Origin: an uncultured Actinomycetes bacterium | GTDB taxonomy: Bacteria; Actinomycetota; Thermoleophilia; UBA2241 | Reading direction: 5' to 3' | Length of the DNA: 64,000 nt | Assembly (NCBI GenBank): GCA_963767005.1 | Contig: CAVYCN010000004.1 | Span: 384,001-448,000 of the forward strand | Shown: positions 49,165 to 58,765 of the stretch, piece by piece | Layout of the letters: every line of letters starts with the position of its first letter | How positions within the stretch are numbered: the stretch's first letter is position 1 | Position numbers and translations under genes: made by a program | The notes under the pieces: model-generated | The model's input: only the letters and a program-made list of their open reading frames with translations | Told to the model about the DNA's origin: nothing | The model's database searches: none

Positions 49165-50525
49165 GCTGGCGACGCGTTAGACTCTGGCTGCTGGTCTGGA
49201 CACCGCTGCTCTGGCTGACGCTGGAGCTCGTCACCTATCCCAAGGATCGGCCCCTCTCGAGCGGCCTCGGCCGCGTGCTGGCCGGCTTCGTAAGCGGGCG
49301 GGTCGCCTCGTACCCGGCCTGGCTGCCCGGTGTCCTTGCGCTGCTCGCGCTGGCCGCCGCCATCCTCGCGGCCGTGCGCGGCGAGAAGGATCGCCGCCTG
49401 ACGCTCGCCCTGGTCGCCCTGGCCGTGGTGCTCGGCGCCTGGGCGCTCGCCCAGATGGGCTGGACGCACGTCGCCCTGGGCGCACAGCGCTCGCATCTGT
49501 CGTGGCTGTTCCAGACCGTGGCGCTCGCGCTGGCGGCGCTCGCGATCTGGCAGTGGGCAGTCGGGCGCCAGGAACGCGTCAGCCTCTCGGTCGAGGCGCT
49601 GCAGCGCGTCTGGCGGCTGTACAAGACCAACCGGCAGGGCATGCTCGGCCTCGCCACGCTGGTCGTGTTCGTGGCGATCGCGCTGCTCGCGCCGTTCCTC
49701 GCCAACCACAGGTACCTGAATGCCGGGTATCCGGTCGGAGCGCCGTTCGCCCATCCGAGCCTGTCGTGGCCGCGACTCTTCGGCACCGACGAGCAGGGCA
49801 TGTCGGTGCTCGCCGAGTTCATCTGGAGCGCCCGGATCTCGCTCGTCGTGGGCCTCACCGCGTCGGCCATCTCGGCCGTGATCGGCGCCCTGGTGGGCAT
49901 CGCCGCCGGCTTCTACGGCGGCTGGAAGGGCGAGCTGTCGATGCGCGCCACCGACTTCTTCCTCGTGCTGCCCTGGCTGCCGCTCGCCATGGTGCTGGCG
50001 GCCGCCTGGGGACGCAACTACGGCATGATCATCCTGATCATCGGCATCACGAGCTGGCCGAGCACGGCGCGCCTGATCCGCTCCGAGACGCTGCGCGTGC
50101 GCGAGCTGCAGTTCATCGAGCGCTCGCGGGCGATCGGCTCGACCGACACCCACACCATGCGCAACCATGTGCTGCCCAACGTGCTGCCCCTGATCTTCGC
50201 CAACACGGTGCTCGTCGTCGCCATCGCCATCCTGTCCGAGACGACGCTGTCGTTCCTCGGCCTCGGCGACCCGCTCAATTTCAGCTGGGGCACGATGCTA
50301 CGCAACGCCTGGACGTCGGGCGGCGCCAGCCTGCCGGCCTGGTGGTACGTGGTGCCGCCCGGCGCGGCGATCGTGCTCGTGGTGCTGGGCTTCACGTTCG
50401 TGGGCCGCGCCTTCGACGCGATCCTCGACCCGAAGCTGCGCAAGCGCGAGTCGGCCGGCGCCGAGCGCGTCGGACAGGGAGAGACCCGGCGCGCCCGCGG
50501 CTCGGCCCTCGAGGAGGAGTCATGA
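49161..50525 (+). CDS. Opp/Dpp ABC permease (DppC-like) with extra N-terminal TM block
   Basis: FGTDEQG, HVLPNV, LSFLGLG, SWGTML; about 140 extra hydrophobic residues at the N-terminus. Confidence 0.92.
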   Translation: MSWRRVRLWLLVWTPLLWLTLELVTYPKDRPLSSGLGRVLAGFVSGRVASYPAWLPGVLALLALAAAILAAVRGEKDRRLTLALVALAVVLGAWALAQMGWTHVALGAQRSHLSWLFQTVALALAALAIWQWAVGRQERVSLSVEALQRVWRLYKTNRQGMLGLATLVVFVAIALLAPFLANHRYLNAGYPVGAPFAHPSLSWPRLFGTDEQGMSVLAEFIWSARISLVVGLTASAISAVIGALVGIAAGFYGGWKGELSMRATDFFLVLPWLPLAMVLAAAWGRNYGMIILIIGITSWPSTARLIRSETLRVRELQFIERSRAIGSTDTHTMRNHVLPNVLPLIFANTVLVVAIAILSETTLSFLGLGDPLNFSWGTMLRNAWTSGGASLPAWWYVVPPGAAIVLVVLGFTFVGRAFDAILDPKLRKRESAGAERVGQGETRRARGSALEEES

Positions 50526-50667
50526 GGCGCGCCGTTACGACAGACCCAAGACCCGGCGCAGCCAACGGCGCCGTCGCTGGGAAGGGCGTCCCCTGCCGGA
50601 CCAGCCCCCCAAGCACCCGAGGGGGCGCCCTTCCCGTTCCGACCACCGGCGAGTCGGGAGGCCAGCC

Positions 50668-51684
50668 ATGAGCGCCGCCCAGACCAAGCCCGCCGCCCCC
50701 GCCAAGGAGGCCGCGGCCCGCATCGACCACGAGGGCATCCTCGACGTGCGCGACCTGAAGGCCTACTTCAAGCTGCGCGAGGGCGACGTCAAAGCCGTCG
50801 ACGGCGTGAGCTTCATGTTGGAGAGCGGCCACAGCCTGGGCCTGGCCGGCGAGAGCGGCTGCGGCAAGACCACGGCCGCCCTGGCGATCCTCAAGCTCTT
50901 ACCCGAAAACGGCCGCATCGTCAGTGGCGAGGTGCTCTTCGACGGTCGCAACCTGGCCAAGCGCACCGAGTACGGCATGTCCAAGATCCGCTGGAAGGAG
51001 GTCTCGATCATCTTCCAGGGGGCGATGAACGCCCTGAACCCGGTGCAGCAGGTGGGCCGCCAGATCGCCGAGCCGATCATCCTCCACGAGGGCCTAAGCG
51101 AGGCCAAGGCGATGGTCCGCGCCCGCGAGCTCTTCGATCTGGTCGGCATCAACCCCAAGCGCGTGACTGAGTTCCCCCACGAGATGAGCGGCGGCATGCG
51201 CCAGCGCGCGATGATCGCCATGGCCCTGGCCTGCAACCCCAAGCTGGTGATCGGCGACGAGCCCACCACCGCCTTGGACGTCATGGTCCAGGCCCAGATC
51301 CTCGAGCTGATCGAGCGCTTACGCCACGAGCTGGCGCTCTCCTTCATCCTCATCAGCCACGATCTTTCGGTCATGGCCGAGACCTGCGACAAGGGCGTCA
51401 TCATGTACGCCGGCAAGGTGGTCGAGGCCGGCTCGACGACCGACATCTTCACGGCCCCCTCGCACCCCTACACACGGCAGCTCATCAAGGCCTTCCCCAA
51501 CATCCACGAGACCCGCGAGATGGTGAGCTCGATCGCCGGCGACCCGCCCAACCTGCTAGACCCGCCGCCCGGCTGTCGCTTCTACCCGCGCTGCGCCCTA
51601 GCCGAGCCGGCCTGCACTGAAAGCGACCAGGAGATGGTGGCGGTCTCGCCCGGACACTACGCGCGCTGCTGGAAGGTGGCCTAG
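50668..51684 (+). CDS. Opp/Dpp ABC ATPase (DppD-like)
   Basis: [32 protein letters not shown]. Confidence 0.95.
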   Translation: MSAAQTKPAAPAKEAAARIDHEGILDVRDLKAYFKLREGDVKAVDGVSFMLESGHSLGLAGESGCGKTTAALAILKLLPENGRIVSGEVLFDGRNLAKRTEYGMSKIRWKEVSIIFQGAMNALNPVQQVGRQIAEPIILHEGLSEAKAMVRARELFDLVGINPKRVTEFPHEMSGGMRQRAMIAMALACNPKLVIGDEPTTALDVMVQAQILELIERLRHELALSFILISHDLSVMAETCDKGVIMYAGKVVEAGSTTDIFTAPSHPYTRQLIKAFPNIHETREMVSSIAGDPPNLLDPPPGCRFYPRCALAEPACTESDQEMVAVSPGHYARCWKVA

Positions 51685-52767
51685 ATGGCGACAGTGACTG
51701 ACAACCCCTCGGCCGCCGCCAAGGAGGGCGGGGCGATCGGCCGCAAGGAGCTGCGCGGCGCTGCGGTGCGCGACGGCGTGCTCTATGACATCCGCGGCCT
51801 GGAGGTCTTCTTCCCGGTGCGCCAGAGCTTCCTGCGTTCCATGGTGGCCACCGAGAAGCACTGGGTGCGGGCCGTCGATGGCATCTCCTTTACGATCGGG
51901 GCCGGCGAGATCCTGGCCTTAGTGGGCGAGAGCGGCTGCGGCAAGACCACGACCGGGCGCACCCTGCTGGGCTTGGAGCGCCAGACCGGCGGCCAGATCT
52001 TCTACAAGGGCCTCGAGGTGGGGCGCTTCAGCCCCCAGGCGATCCGCGACTACCGGAGAAACTGCCAGATCATCTTCCAGGACCCCTACAACGCGATCAA
52101 CCCCAAGCACACGATCTTCGACATCGTGGCCGAGCCGCTTGTGGTCAACCACCTGGTGGTAAGCGAGCGCGACAAGGAGGAGCGCGTCGTGCGCGCCTTA
52201 GAGGAGGCCGGCCTGCGGCCCGCCCGCGACTACCTCTACCGCTACCCGCACGAGCTCTCCGGCGGCCAGCGCCAGCGCGTCTGCATCGCCGGGGCGATCG
52301 TGCTCGAGCCCGACATGATCGTCGCCGACGAGCCCGTGGCGAGCCTCGACGTCTCGATCCGCAACGACATCCTGAAGCTCATGGTGGCCCACAAGCGCGA
52401 GCTCGGCGTCACCTATCTGTTCATCACCCACGACCTCTCGCTGGCCTGGGTGATCTCCGATCGCATCGCCGTCATGTACCTCGGCAAGATCGTCGAGATC
52501 GGCGAGACCGAAGAGGTCGTGGCCAACCCCCAGCACCCCTACACCAAGGCCCTGATCAGCGTGATCCCGGTGCCCGACCCGACCGCCCGCCGCGAGCACC
52601 TGGTGCTCACCGGCGAGACGCCCAACCCGGCCGCCATCCCGAGCGGCTGTCGCTTTCATCCGCGCTGCCCCGAGGTGATGGACATCTGCTCACAGCAGGA
52701 CCCCTCGGACGTGCAGGTGCGGGGCAGCCACCACGCGGCCTGCCTGCGGCTGGGAGGCCTGCAGTGA
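51685..52767 (+). CDS. Opp/Dpp ABC ATPase (DppF-like)
   Basis: [32 protein letters not shown]. Confidence 0.95.
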   Translation: MATVTDNPSAAAKEGGAIGRKELRGAAVRDGVLYDIRGLEVFFPVRQSFLRSMVATEKHWVRAVDGISFTIGAGEILALVGESGCGKTTTGRTLLGLERQTGGQIFYKGLEVGRFSPQAIRDYRRNCQIIFQDPYNAINPKHTIFDIVAEPLVVNHLVVSERDKEERVVRALEEAGLRPARDYLYRYPHELSGGQRQRVCIAGAIVLEPDMIVADEPVASLDVSIRNDILKLMVAHKRELGVTYLFITHDLSLAWVISDRIAVMYLGKIVEIGETEEVVANPQHPYTKALISVIPVPDPTARREHLVLTGETPNPAAIPSGCRFHPRCPEVMDICSQQDPSDVQVRGSHHAACLRLGGLQ

Positions 52768-52831
52768 CGGCCAACGACGAGACATACGTTCCGGCGGGAC
52801 GGCCGCAGGCCGCCCGTGTGCGCGAAGGACA

Positions 52832-53650
52832 GTGAGGGGCGCGATGACCGTGCAGACGTACAGGTACGAGCAGATGACCTGGCCGGAGATCCGTGAGATC
52901 GCCGCGCAGGATCGCGTGGTCGTGGTGCCCATCGGCACGCTCGAGGATCACGGCCCCCACCTGCCCATCGACACCGACGTGCGCATCATCAGCGAGATCT
53001 GCGAGCGCGCCTGCGCCAGGGTGGCCGACCAGATCGTCCTGCTCCCCGTGGTGACCCACGGCTACTCGCCGCACCACGGCGACTTCCCCGGCGGCATCAC
53101 GATCGCCTGGGACACGTTCGTGCACCATCTCACCGACATCACCGGCAGCCTCGTGCGCCACGGCTTCAAGCGCATCGTCCTGGCCAACGGCCACGGCTCG
53201 AACATGCCGCTCGTCGACATGGCGGCGCGCCTGACGATCGTCGACCACCCCGACACGCTGTGCTGCAACTACTTCTACCTGTACACCCCGCAGGGGCAGG
53301 ACGCGGTGCGCAAGGTGCGCGAGTCGCACTTCCCCGGCGGCATGGCCCACGCCTGCGAGCTCGAGACGTCGATCTACCTGGCGATCGACCCCTCGCTCGT
53401 ACAGATGGACAAGGCCGTGCCCGACCTGAACCAGCCGGCGAGCGACTACTTCTACATGGACTGGTTCGACGGCCCCGGCTCGATGATGGAATGGTGGTCG
53501 ACGCTGTCCAAGACGGGCACGATGGGCGACCCGACTCTGGCGACGGCCGAGAAGGGCGAGGCGCTCTTGAGCGCCGCCGCCGACGAGCTGCTCTGGGTGA
53601 TCGACGAGATGAAGACCCGCGAGATCAGGCCGCGAGTCGACCACCACTGA
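52832..53650 (+). CDS. Creatininase family amidohydrolase
   Basis: PIGTLEDHGPHLPIDTD, NGHGSN, HACELETS, GDPTLATAEKG; alternative start ATG 52844. Confidence 0.93.
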   Translation: MRGAMTVQTYRYEQMTWPEIREIAAQDRVVVVPIGTLEDHGPHLPIDTDVRIISEICERACARVADQIVLLPVVTHGYSPHHGDFPGGITIAWDTFVHHLTDITGSLVRHGFKRIVLANGHGSNMPLVDMAARLTIVDHPDTLCCNYFYLYTPQGQDAVRKVRESHFPGGMAHACELETSIYLAIDPSLVQMDKAVPDLNQPASDYFYMDWFDGPGSMMEWWSTLSKTGTMGDPTLATAEKGEALLSAAADELLWVIDEMKTREIRPRVDHH

Positions 53651-53694
53651 CCGGGTCGCCGCGGGCAGGGACGGATCCAGGGGGGCGGGAGCAG

Positions 53695-54543
53695 GTGGCC
53701 GAAGACGAGAAACAAACGACGCGCGGCCGGCGCGCGGCGAACGGCCGGCAGGCAGGCTCGCCGGCACGCGGCGCCGCGCGTGACGGCACGAGCGAGCGCG
53801 CGCGGCTCAAGAGGCCCGTGCGAAGCGGCAATAGCGGATCGTCGAAAAGCGGCAACTCGAGCGGCAAGACAGCGACGAGCGGCAAGGACGCGCGCGGCGA
53901 GCGCACCTACCAGCGCGCGCTCGCCGGCAGCCCCATCACCGACCTGCCGCCCAAGGCGCAGGAGATCATCCGCGCCGCGCGCCGCATCGTCCAGCGCGAC
54001 GGCTTCGACAAGCTCTCGTTCGAGGCGATCGCCGCCGAGGCCGGCGTGTACACGTCGGCGATCCGTTACTACTTCGGCAGCAAGAGCGGCCTGGTCGAGG
54101 CGCTGGTCGACGTCTCCACGCACGACGCCAGCCTGCGCGTGTACGAACGCTCGCGCAGTGAGTCGAGCCGGCAGATGCGGGTCCGTCGAGCCGTGCTCGA
54201 GAGCATCGACCTGACCAGACCCGGGGTCTACCAGACCACCTGGGAGATGTTGCCGCACATCCTGCGGTCCAAGTCGCTGCGCAGCCGCGTAGCCAGACTC
54301 TACGATCTGCACCGCCGCCACTACGACGAGGTCTTCGCGGGCCCCGACGGCGAGCTCGATCCCGAAGCGGTGCGCTCGTACGCGAGCCTGCTGATCGCCG
54401 TGCTGGACGGCATCGCCATGCAGAAAGCCCTCGATCCTGCCGGCGTCGACGCCGAGGCGATCTTCGCGCTGTGGGCCGATATCCTGACGGGGTCGCTGGC
54501 GGCGCGCGATGCCGTGAGCGCGGGCGACGGCGCGACGCCGTAG
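53695..54543 (+). CDS. TetR family regulator
   Basis: IIRAARRIVQRDGFDKLSFEAIAAEAGVYTSAIRYYFGSKSGL. Confidence 0.9.
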   Translation: MAEDEKQTTRGRRAANGRQAGSPARGAARDGTSERARLKRPVRSGNSGSSKSGNSSGKTATSGKDARGERTYQRALAGSPITDLPPKAQEIIRAARRIVQRDGFDKLSFEAIAAEAGVYTSAIRYYFGSKSGLVEALVDVSTHDASLRVYERSRSESSRQMRVRRAVLESIDLTRPGVYQTTWEMLPHILRSKSLRSRVARLYDLHRRHYDEVFAGPDGELDPEAVRSYASLLIAVLDGIAMQKALDPAGVDAEAIFALWADILTGSLAARDAVSAGDGATP

Positions 54544-54616
54544 CCCAGGTCCAGGTCCGCCAGCCGGCGCCTGCCGCAGCCGGCGTCCGGCAGCCAGGCA
54601 GTCGGGTCGGCGGTCC

Positions 54617-55279
54617 CTAAGCCTCAGGCAGCTCGGGCACGAGCACGGCGAAGCGCGGGTCGGAGCGGACCGGGTCCAGGTCGGAGTCGGCGTGGGCGTC
54701 GGCGGCCAGCGAGGGCCGCTCCTGCAAGGCGGCGGCGAGGTGCTGCAGCGCCGAAGCGGTCTCGCCGAGCTGCGCCTCGGCGCAAGCGAGGTTGTAGTGC
54801 ACGTTGGCGCGGTCCTGGTAGCGGCCGAGCGCCGCCGTCAGGAGGGTGCGCGCCTTCGCGTACTCGCCGCCGTCGAAGAGCGGCAACACCTCGGCGTTGA
54901 TCTCCCAGGAGCGCGGCGCGAAGGCCCCACCGGCCGTGCCGCCGACGACCACCACAGTCGTGCCGGGTTCGAGTGAGATCGCCTCACGCCGTGCCGCCGG
55001 GTCGCGCACGAACACGACGGTGCCGGCCGGCGCGTCGATCCGCTCGCCGCTCACCGTGAAGCCGGCCTTGCCGGCGGTGACCAGGTAGAGCTCCTCGTGG
55101 CCCGACGCCAGCTCGTCGTGCGGCACGATCACGTGCTCGCCGATCTCGCCCGCCGTCCAGGCGTTGATGCCGAAGGCGCGCACGTCGAGCGTGCGGCGGA
55201 TCGGCGCCCAGCCGCGGTCGTTGGTCAAGTCGGCGAGGTGCGCCTTCTCGTAGGGTCGTTGGCTCGGTTCGTCCGTCAC
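54617..55279 (-). CDS. Cupin plus TPR protein
   Basis: HDE..HEELYLV..G cupin motif; HYNLACAEAQLG...DSDLDPVR TPR-end motif. Confidence 0.8.
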   Translation of the reverse strand: MTDEPSQRPYEKAHLADLTNDRGWAPIRRTLDVRAFGINAWTAGEIGEHVIVPHDELASGHEELYLVTAGKAGFTVSGERIDAPAGTVVFVRDPAARREAISLEPGTTVVVVGGTAGGAFAPRSWEINAEVLPLFDGGEYAKARTLLTAALGRYQDRANVHYNLACAEAQLGETASALQHLAAALQERPSLAADAHADSDLDPVRSDPRFAVLVPELPEA

Positions 55280-55310
55280 GACTGCCTCCCTCGCTGGCTC
55301 GGGTCGTCGG

Positions 55311-56730
55311 TCACGATCGTATTCTACGGTCGCGCGTGGCGGCCGTTCTGGCCGCGAACGCGGCGACCAGCGCAGCCCAGGTCGCGAGGACCGGCCCGGG
55401 GTCGAGGGCATCGCGGTCGATGAGGAGCTGGATCGGGAGACCGTAGGCGACCGCCAGCGTCAGGTCTACGAGAGCCGGGCTGAACGGCGCGCCGCGCGTG
55501 CGGCACGACGCCGCGACGGCGGCTCGCAGCCACGCGACATACTGTGCGTGGCGCGCGAGCAGCTCGTCATCCCTGACGATCGCCGGCAACATCTCGTAGA
55601 GGCCACGCATCGAGCGCAGCACGCCGGCGTCGGCGAGCGGGAGGTCGGCGAGCGGATGGTCGTCGCTCTTCATGGCCAGCCTGAGGTGCCGCACCGCAGT
55701 GCGCTGCGCGCGGGCGAGCAGCGTCGCGTTCATGGCGATGATGAGGTTGCGTTTCTCGCCGAAGTAGTACGTCGTGGCCGAGCTCGGTTCGCCGGACTGC
55801 CGCGCAATCGCGTCGAAGGTCACGGCCGTCAGCCCCCGCGACCGGAAGACGAACAGCGCGGCGTCGAGCAGGCGGCGCGCGACGGGCGGCAAGCCGGCGG
55901 CCGGATCGGCGAAGCTGGGAGCAGTGTCGCCCGTTGCTGGCAGTCTCCCCACCGCGAGCGGTGAATCGTTCTCCCATGGTCCGGGCCGCGGCGACACCCC
56001 GCTCTGCACGGCGGCGAGTGGCTGCAGCAGGGCGAACGCGCCCTCGTGGTCGAATCCGGCGCGGTCGAGTTGAAGCAGTATCGCCGCGCCCTCGTCGACG
56101 GCGAGCAGGAGGCTGGCCAGCGCGAGCTGGCCGTCGGGGTCGAGCTCCTTGACGGGCATGGCCATGACGCCGAGCGTGCGGTACGTCTGGTTGAGCTCGG
56201 CGTGACGCCGGCGGGTGCCGGCGTGGCGCAGCAGCCGCGGCAGCAGGTCGAAGTACATGCGGTACTCGCGCGTCTCGAGCGCCAGGGCGTGGTGTGCCTC
56301 GATGAGGGCGCGCAAGCGGTCGGCCGGCGAGTCCGGGAGGCACGCGAGGCGGTGCACGAGGTCCATGTCCTCGTCGTGCCAGAGCGAGTCGACGAGGGCG
56401 GCGAGCAAGCCGTCCTTGTCGCCGAAGTGGTAGATGATCAGGGACTTGGTCTCGCCCGCCTCGGCGGCGATCCGCCGCAGGGTGAGGCCTGAGAAGCCGT
56501 CGCGCTCGAGCACGCGCAGGGCTGCCGCGAGGATCGTGCGGGCCGTCGGCCCGAGCTCACGCAGCGCGTAGCCGGCGGGTCCGGCAGCCGGCTCACCACG
56601 GCCGCCGGCGCGCTCGTCGATCGGGCGCGATGTGGAACCGCTCGCCGGCGATAAGCCCGCGTTCGGTCTGACTCCGCCCCTGCTCGTATGAGCCGGTGGT
56701 CCGGCCGTTCCGCCCCCCCTCGATTGACAT
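55311..56730 (-). CDS. Tandem double-TetR regulator; 5' end apparently frameshifted
   Basis: Two HTH plus ligand modules; no in-frame start before helix 1; ATG 56730 is one base out of frame across a G7 run (56713-56719). Confidence 0.7.
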
Positions 56731-56776
56731 GCCGCAGCCTGACTATATCATTCAGGCGTGAGTTGACCGGTCACCC
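56724..56776 (+). promoter_or_regulatory. Promoter/operator region of the APC permease gene
   Basis: TTGACA, 16 nt spacer, TATCAT, overlapped by inverted repeat GCCTGA-N9-TCAGGC; TGACCGGTCA palindrome just downstream. Confidence 0.6.
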
Positions 56777-56976
56777 AAACGTCACCGGTCGGGGAGGGGG
56801 TCAGCGCAAGCGCGACTGGGGAGCGCGCCACGCGCACAGGTCGGCGCCGGACAGGCGACGGAGTCCCGTGATCCGGGGCGCCGGTCCCGCCCGCCGGCAT
56901 CGCCGGCCGTGTTCCCGCGGACAGCGGCTGCACGCTTCACCGAAGACTGATCGGCGATTCGCAGACAGGGGGCGGT

Positions 56977-58581
56977 ATGTCCGAAGAACTCGCGTATGCA
57001 CGCAAAGCCAGTGGCCTGGTGCGTGGCCTTTCCTTGTGGGACGCGTTCGGTATCGGCTTGGCCGTCATCCAGCCGATCTACGCCATCTGGTACACGGTGC
57101 AGGTCGGCGTCGGCCTGTTCCCCGGCGGCAACCTGCTGATCGCGACCGCCATCTCGGCCGTGACTTGCGGCCTGTGCGCGCCGGTCGTGTGGGGCATCCT
57201 GGGCGCCTCGATGCCGCGCTCCGGCGGTGAGTACATCTACAACTCACGCATCATCCACCCGGTGATCGCCATGGGGGCTAGCTTCGCCAACGTGATCGCG
57301 ATCACGTACTGGAACATCTTCATCTCGACCTGGATCGCGAGCCCGGCGCTGGCCATCCTCGGCCAGTACATGGGCTGGACGGGCCTGAGCAACTTCGTCG
57401 CCAGCAAGGGCGGCATCGTGACGCTGACGACCGCCTGCTTTGCGATGTCGTTCGTGGCGGTCGTCTTCGGCATCAACGTCTTCCGCAAGATCCAGCGGCC
57501 GTTCATCGCGGTCGGCATCGGCGGTCCCATCGTGCTTGCCATTGCGCTCTCGCTGTGCTCCAAGGCGAGCTTCATCGCGCACTGGAACGCGGCCGCCGTC
57601 AAGTACCACTCCTTGAACTACAACGCCTTCGTCACCGCGGTCGGCACCGCCGCCGGCCACGCCATGCCCCGCACCTGGAACTGGGGCGACACGCTCGGCG
57701 TCACGAGCGGCGTGTTCTTCCTGTTCATCTACGCGTACGCGCTCGTCTACCTGAGCGGCGAGGTCAAGCGCCCCGACAAGACCGTCCTCAAGGCGAGCTG
57801 GATGGCTGTGCTCGTGCCGGCCATCATCGGCTTCTGGACGTTCTTCGCGCTCTACCACATCGCCGACTTCCGCTTCATCAGCGCGTCGGCCTACAACGAC
57901 CTGTTCGGCGGCGTGAAGGGCTACAACTTCCCGTTCTCGACGAGCTACATGACGCTGTCGTGGCTGGCCTCGGGGCGCAGCTGGCTGATCGCGATCATCG
58001 CCTCATTTACCTTCCTGCTCACGAGCTACTGGCTGATCACGGTCGACCTCATGCTCGTGCCGCGCGCCATGTTCGCCTGGGGCATGGACCGCATGGGCCC
58101 CAAGTGGTTTACGGACATCAGCCCGCGCTGGGCCTCTCCGGTCAAGCTCTACGCGCTCATCACCGTCATCCAGATCGTGCTCACGGCAGCCTACGTGCTC
58201 TGGTTCTCGAGCGAACTCACCGGACTCGTGGCCGGCGGCCTGCAGCTCGTCTCGGTATTCTTGATAACCGGCATCTCGGGCCTGCTGTTCGCCTATCGCA
58301 AGAAGGTCAGGCACATCTGGGACTCGTCGCCCTACAAGGGCTGGCGGATCGCCGGCGTGCCGATCATCACGCTGGCCTCGATCGTCTACGTCTGCTACAT
58401 CGTGGCGCTGCTCTACTTCGCCTTCTTCGACTCGAAGACGAAGGACATCACGGGCAAGAAGGCGATCATCTTCGTGATCGTGTGGGCGGTCGGCATCGCC
58501 TGGTACTACTTCTGGAAGCGGCGCAGCGCGAAGGTCGGCGTCGATGTGGCGCTGACCTACGGCGAGCTGCCGCCTGAGTGA
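56977..58581 (+). CDS. APC family amino acid/polyamine permease
   Basis: RKASGLVR, MPRSGGEYIYNSR, SGEVK, RAMFAWGMDR, terminal YGELPPE. Confidence 0.9.
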   Translation: MSEELAYARKASGLVRGLSLWDAFGIGLAVIQPIYAIWYTVQVGVGLFPGGNLLIATAISAVTCGLCAPVVWGILGASMPRSGGEYIYNSRIIHPVIAMGASFANVIAITYWNIFISTWIASPALAILGQYMGWTGLSNFVASKGGIVTLTTACFAMSFVAVVFGINVFRKIQRPFIAVGIGGPIVLAIALSLCSKASFIAHWNAAAVKYHSLNYNAFVTAVGTAAGHAMPRTWNWGDTLGVTSGVFFLFIYAYALVYLSGEVKRPDKTVLKASWMAVLVPAIIGFWTFFALYHIADFRFISASAYNDLFGGVKGYNFPFSTSYMTLSWLASGRSWLIAIIASFTFLLTSYWLITVDLMLVPRAMFAWGMDRMGPKWFTDISPRWASPVKLYALITVIQIVLTAAYVLWFSSELTGLVAGGLQLVSVFLITGISGLLFAYRKKVRHIWDSSPYKGWRIAGVPIITLASIVYVCYIVALLYFAFFDSKTKDITGKKAIIFVIVWAVGIAWYYFWKRRSAKVGVDVALTYGELPPE

Positions 58582-58611
58582 CGCTGCCGGCCCGTCGCTT
58601 GTGACGGGCCT

Positions 58612-58653
58612 GCGCGGGCCGGCCGAAGACTGCCGTCTTCGGCCGGCCCGCGC
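58612..58653 (+). terminator. GC-rich hairpin after the permease gene
   Basis: 19-bp stem GCGCGGGCCGGCCGAAGAC with TGCC loop. Confidence 0.6.
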
Positions 58654-58765
58654 TCCCGCCTTGCGGCGCGTGAGCGCGGCGGTTGCGACCGTCCACGTAC
58701 GGGGGCGGTGATCGGCCGGCGCCGGAAGGGTGCGACCAGTGTGAAGCCCGAAGAGGAGGCCTGCC

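Noticed and set aside
52832-53650. Mycofactocin MftE assignment
   Set aside because: No mftA-D or mftF neighbours; only the general creatininase family is supported
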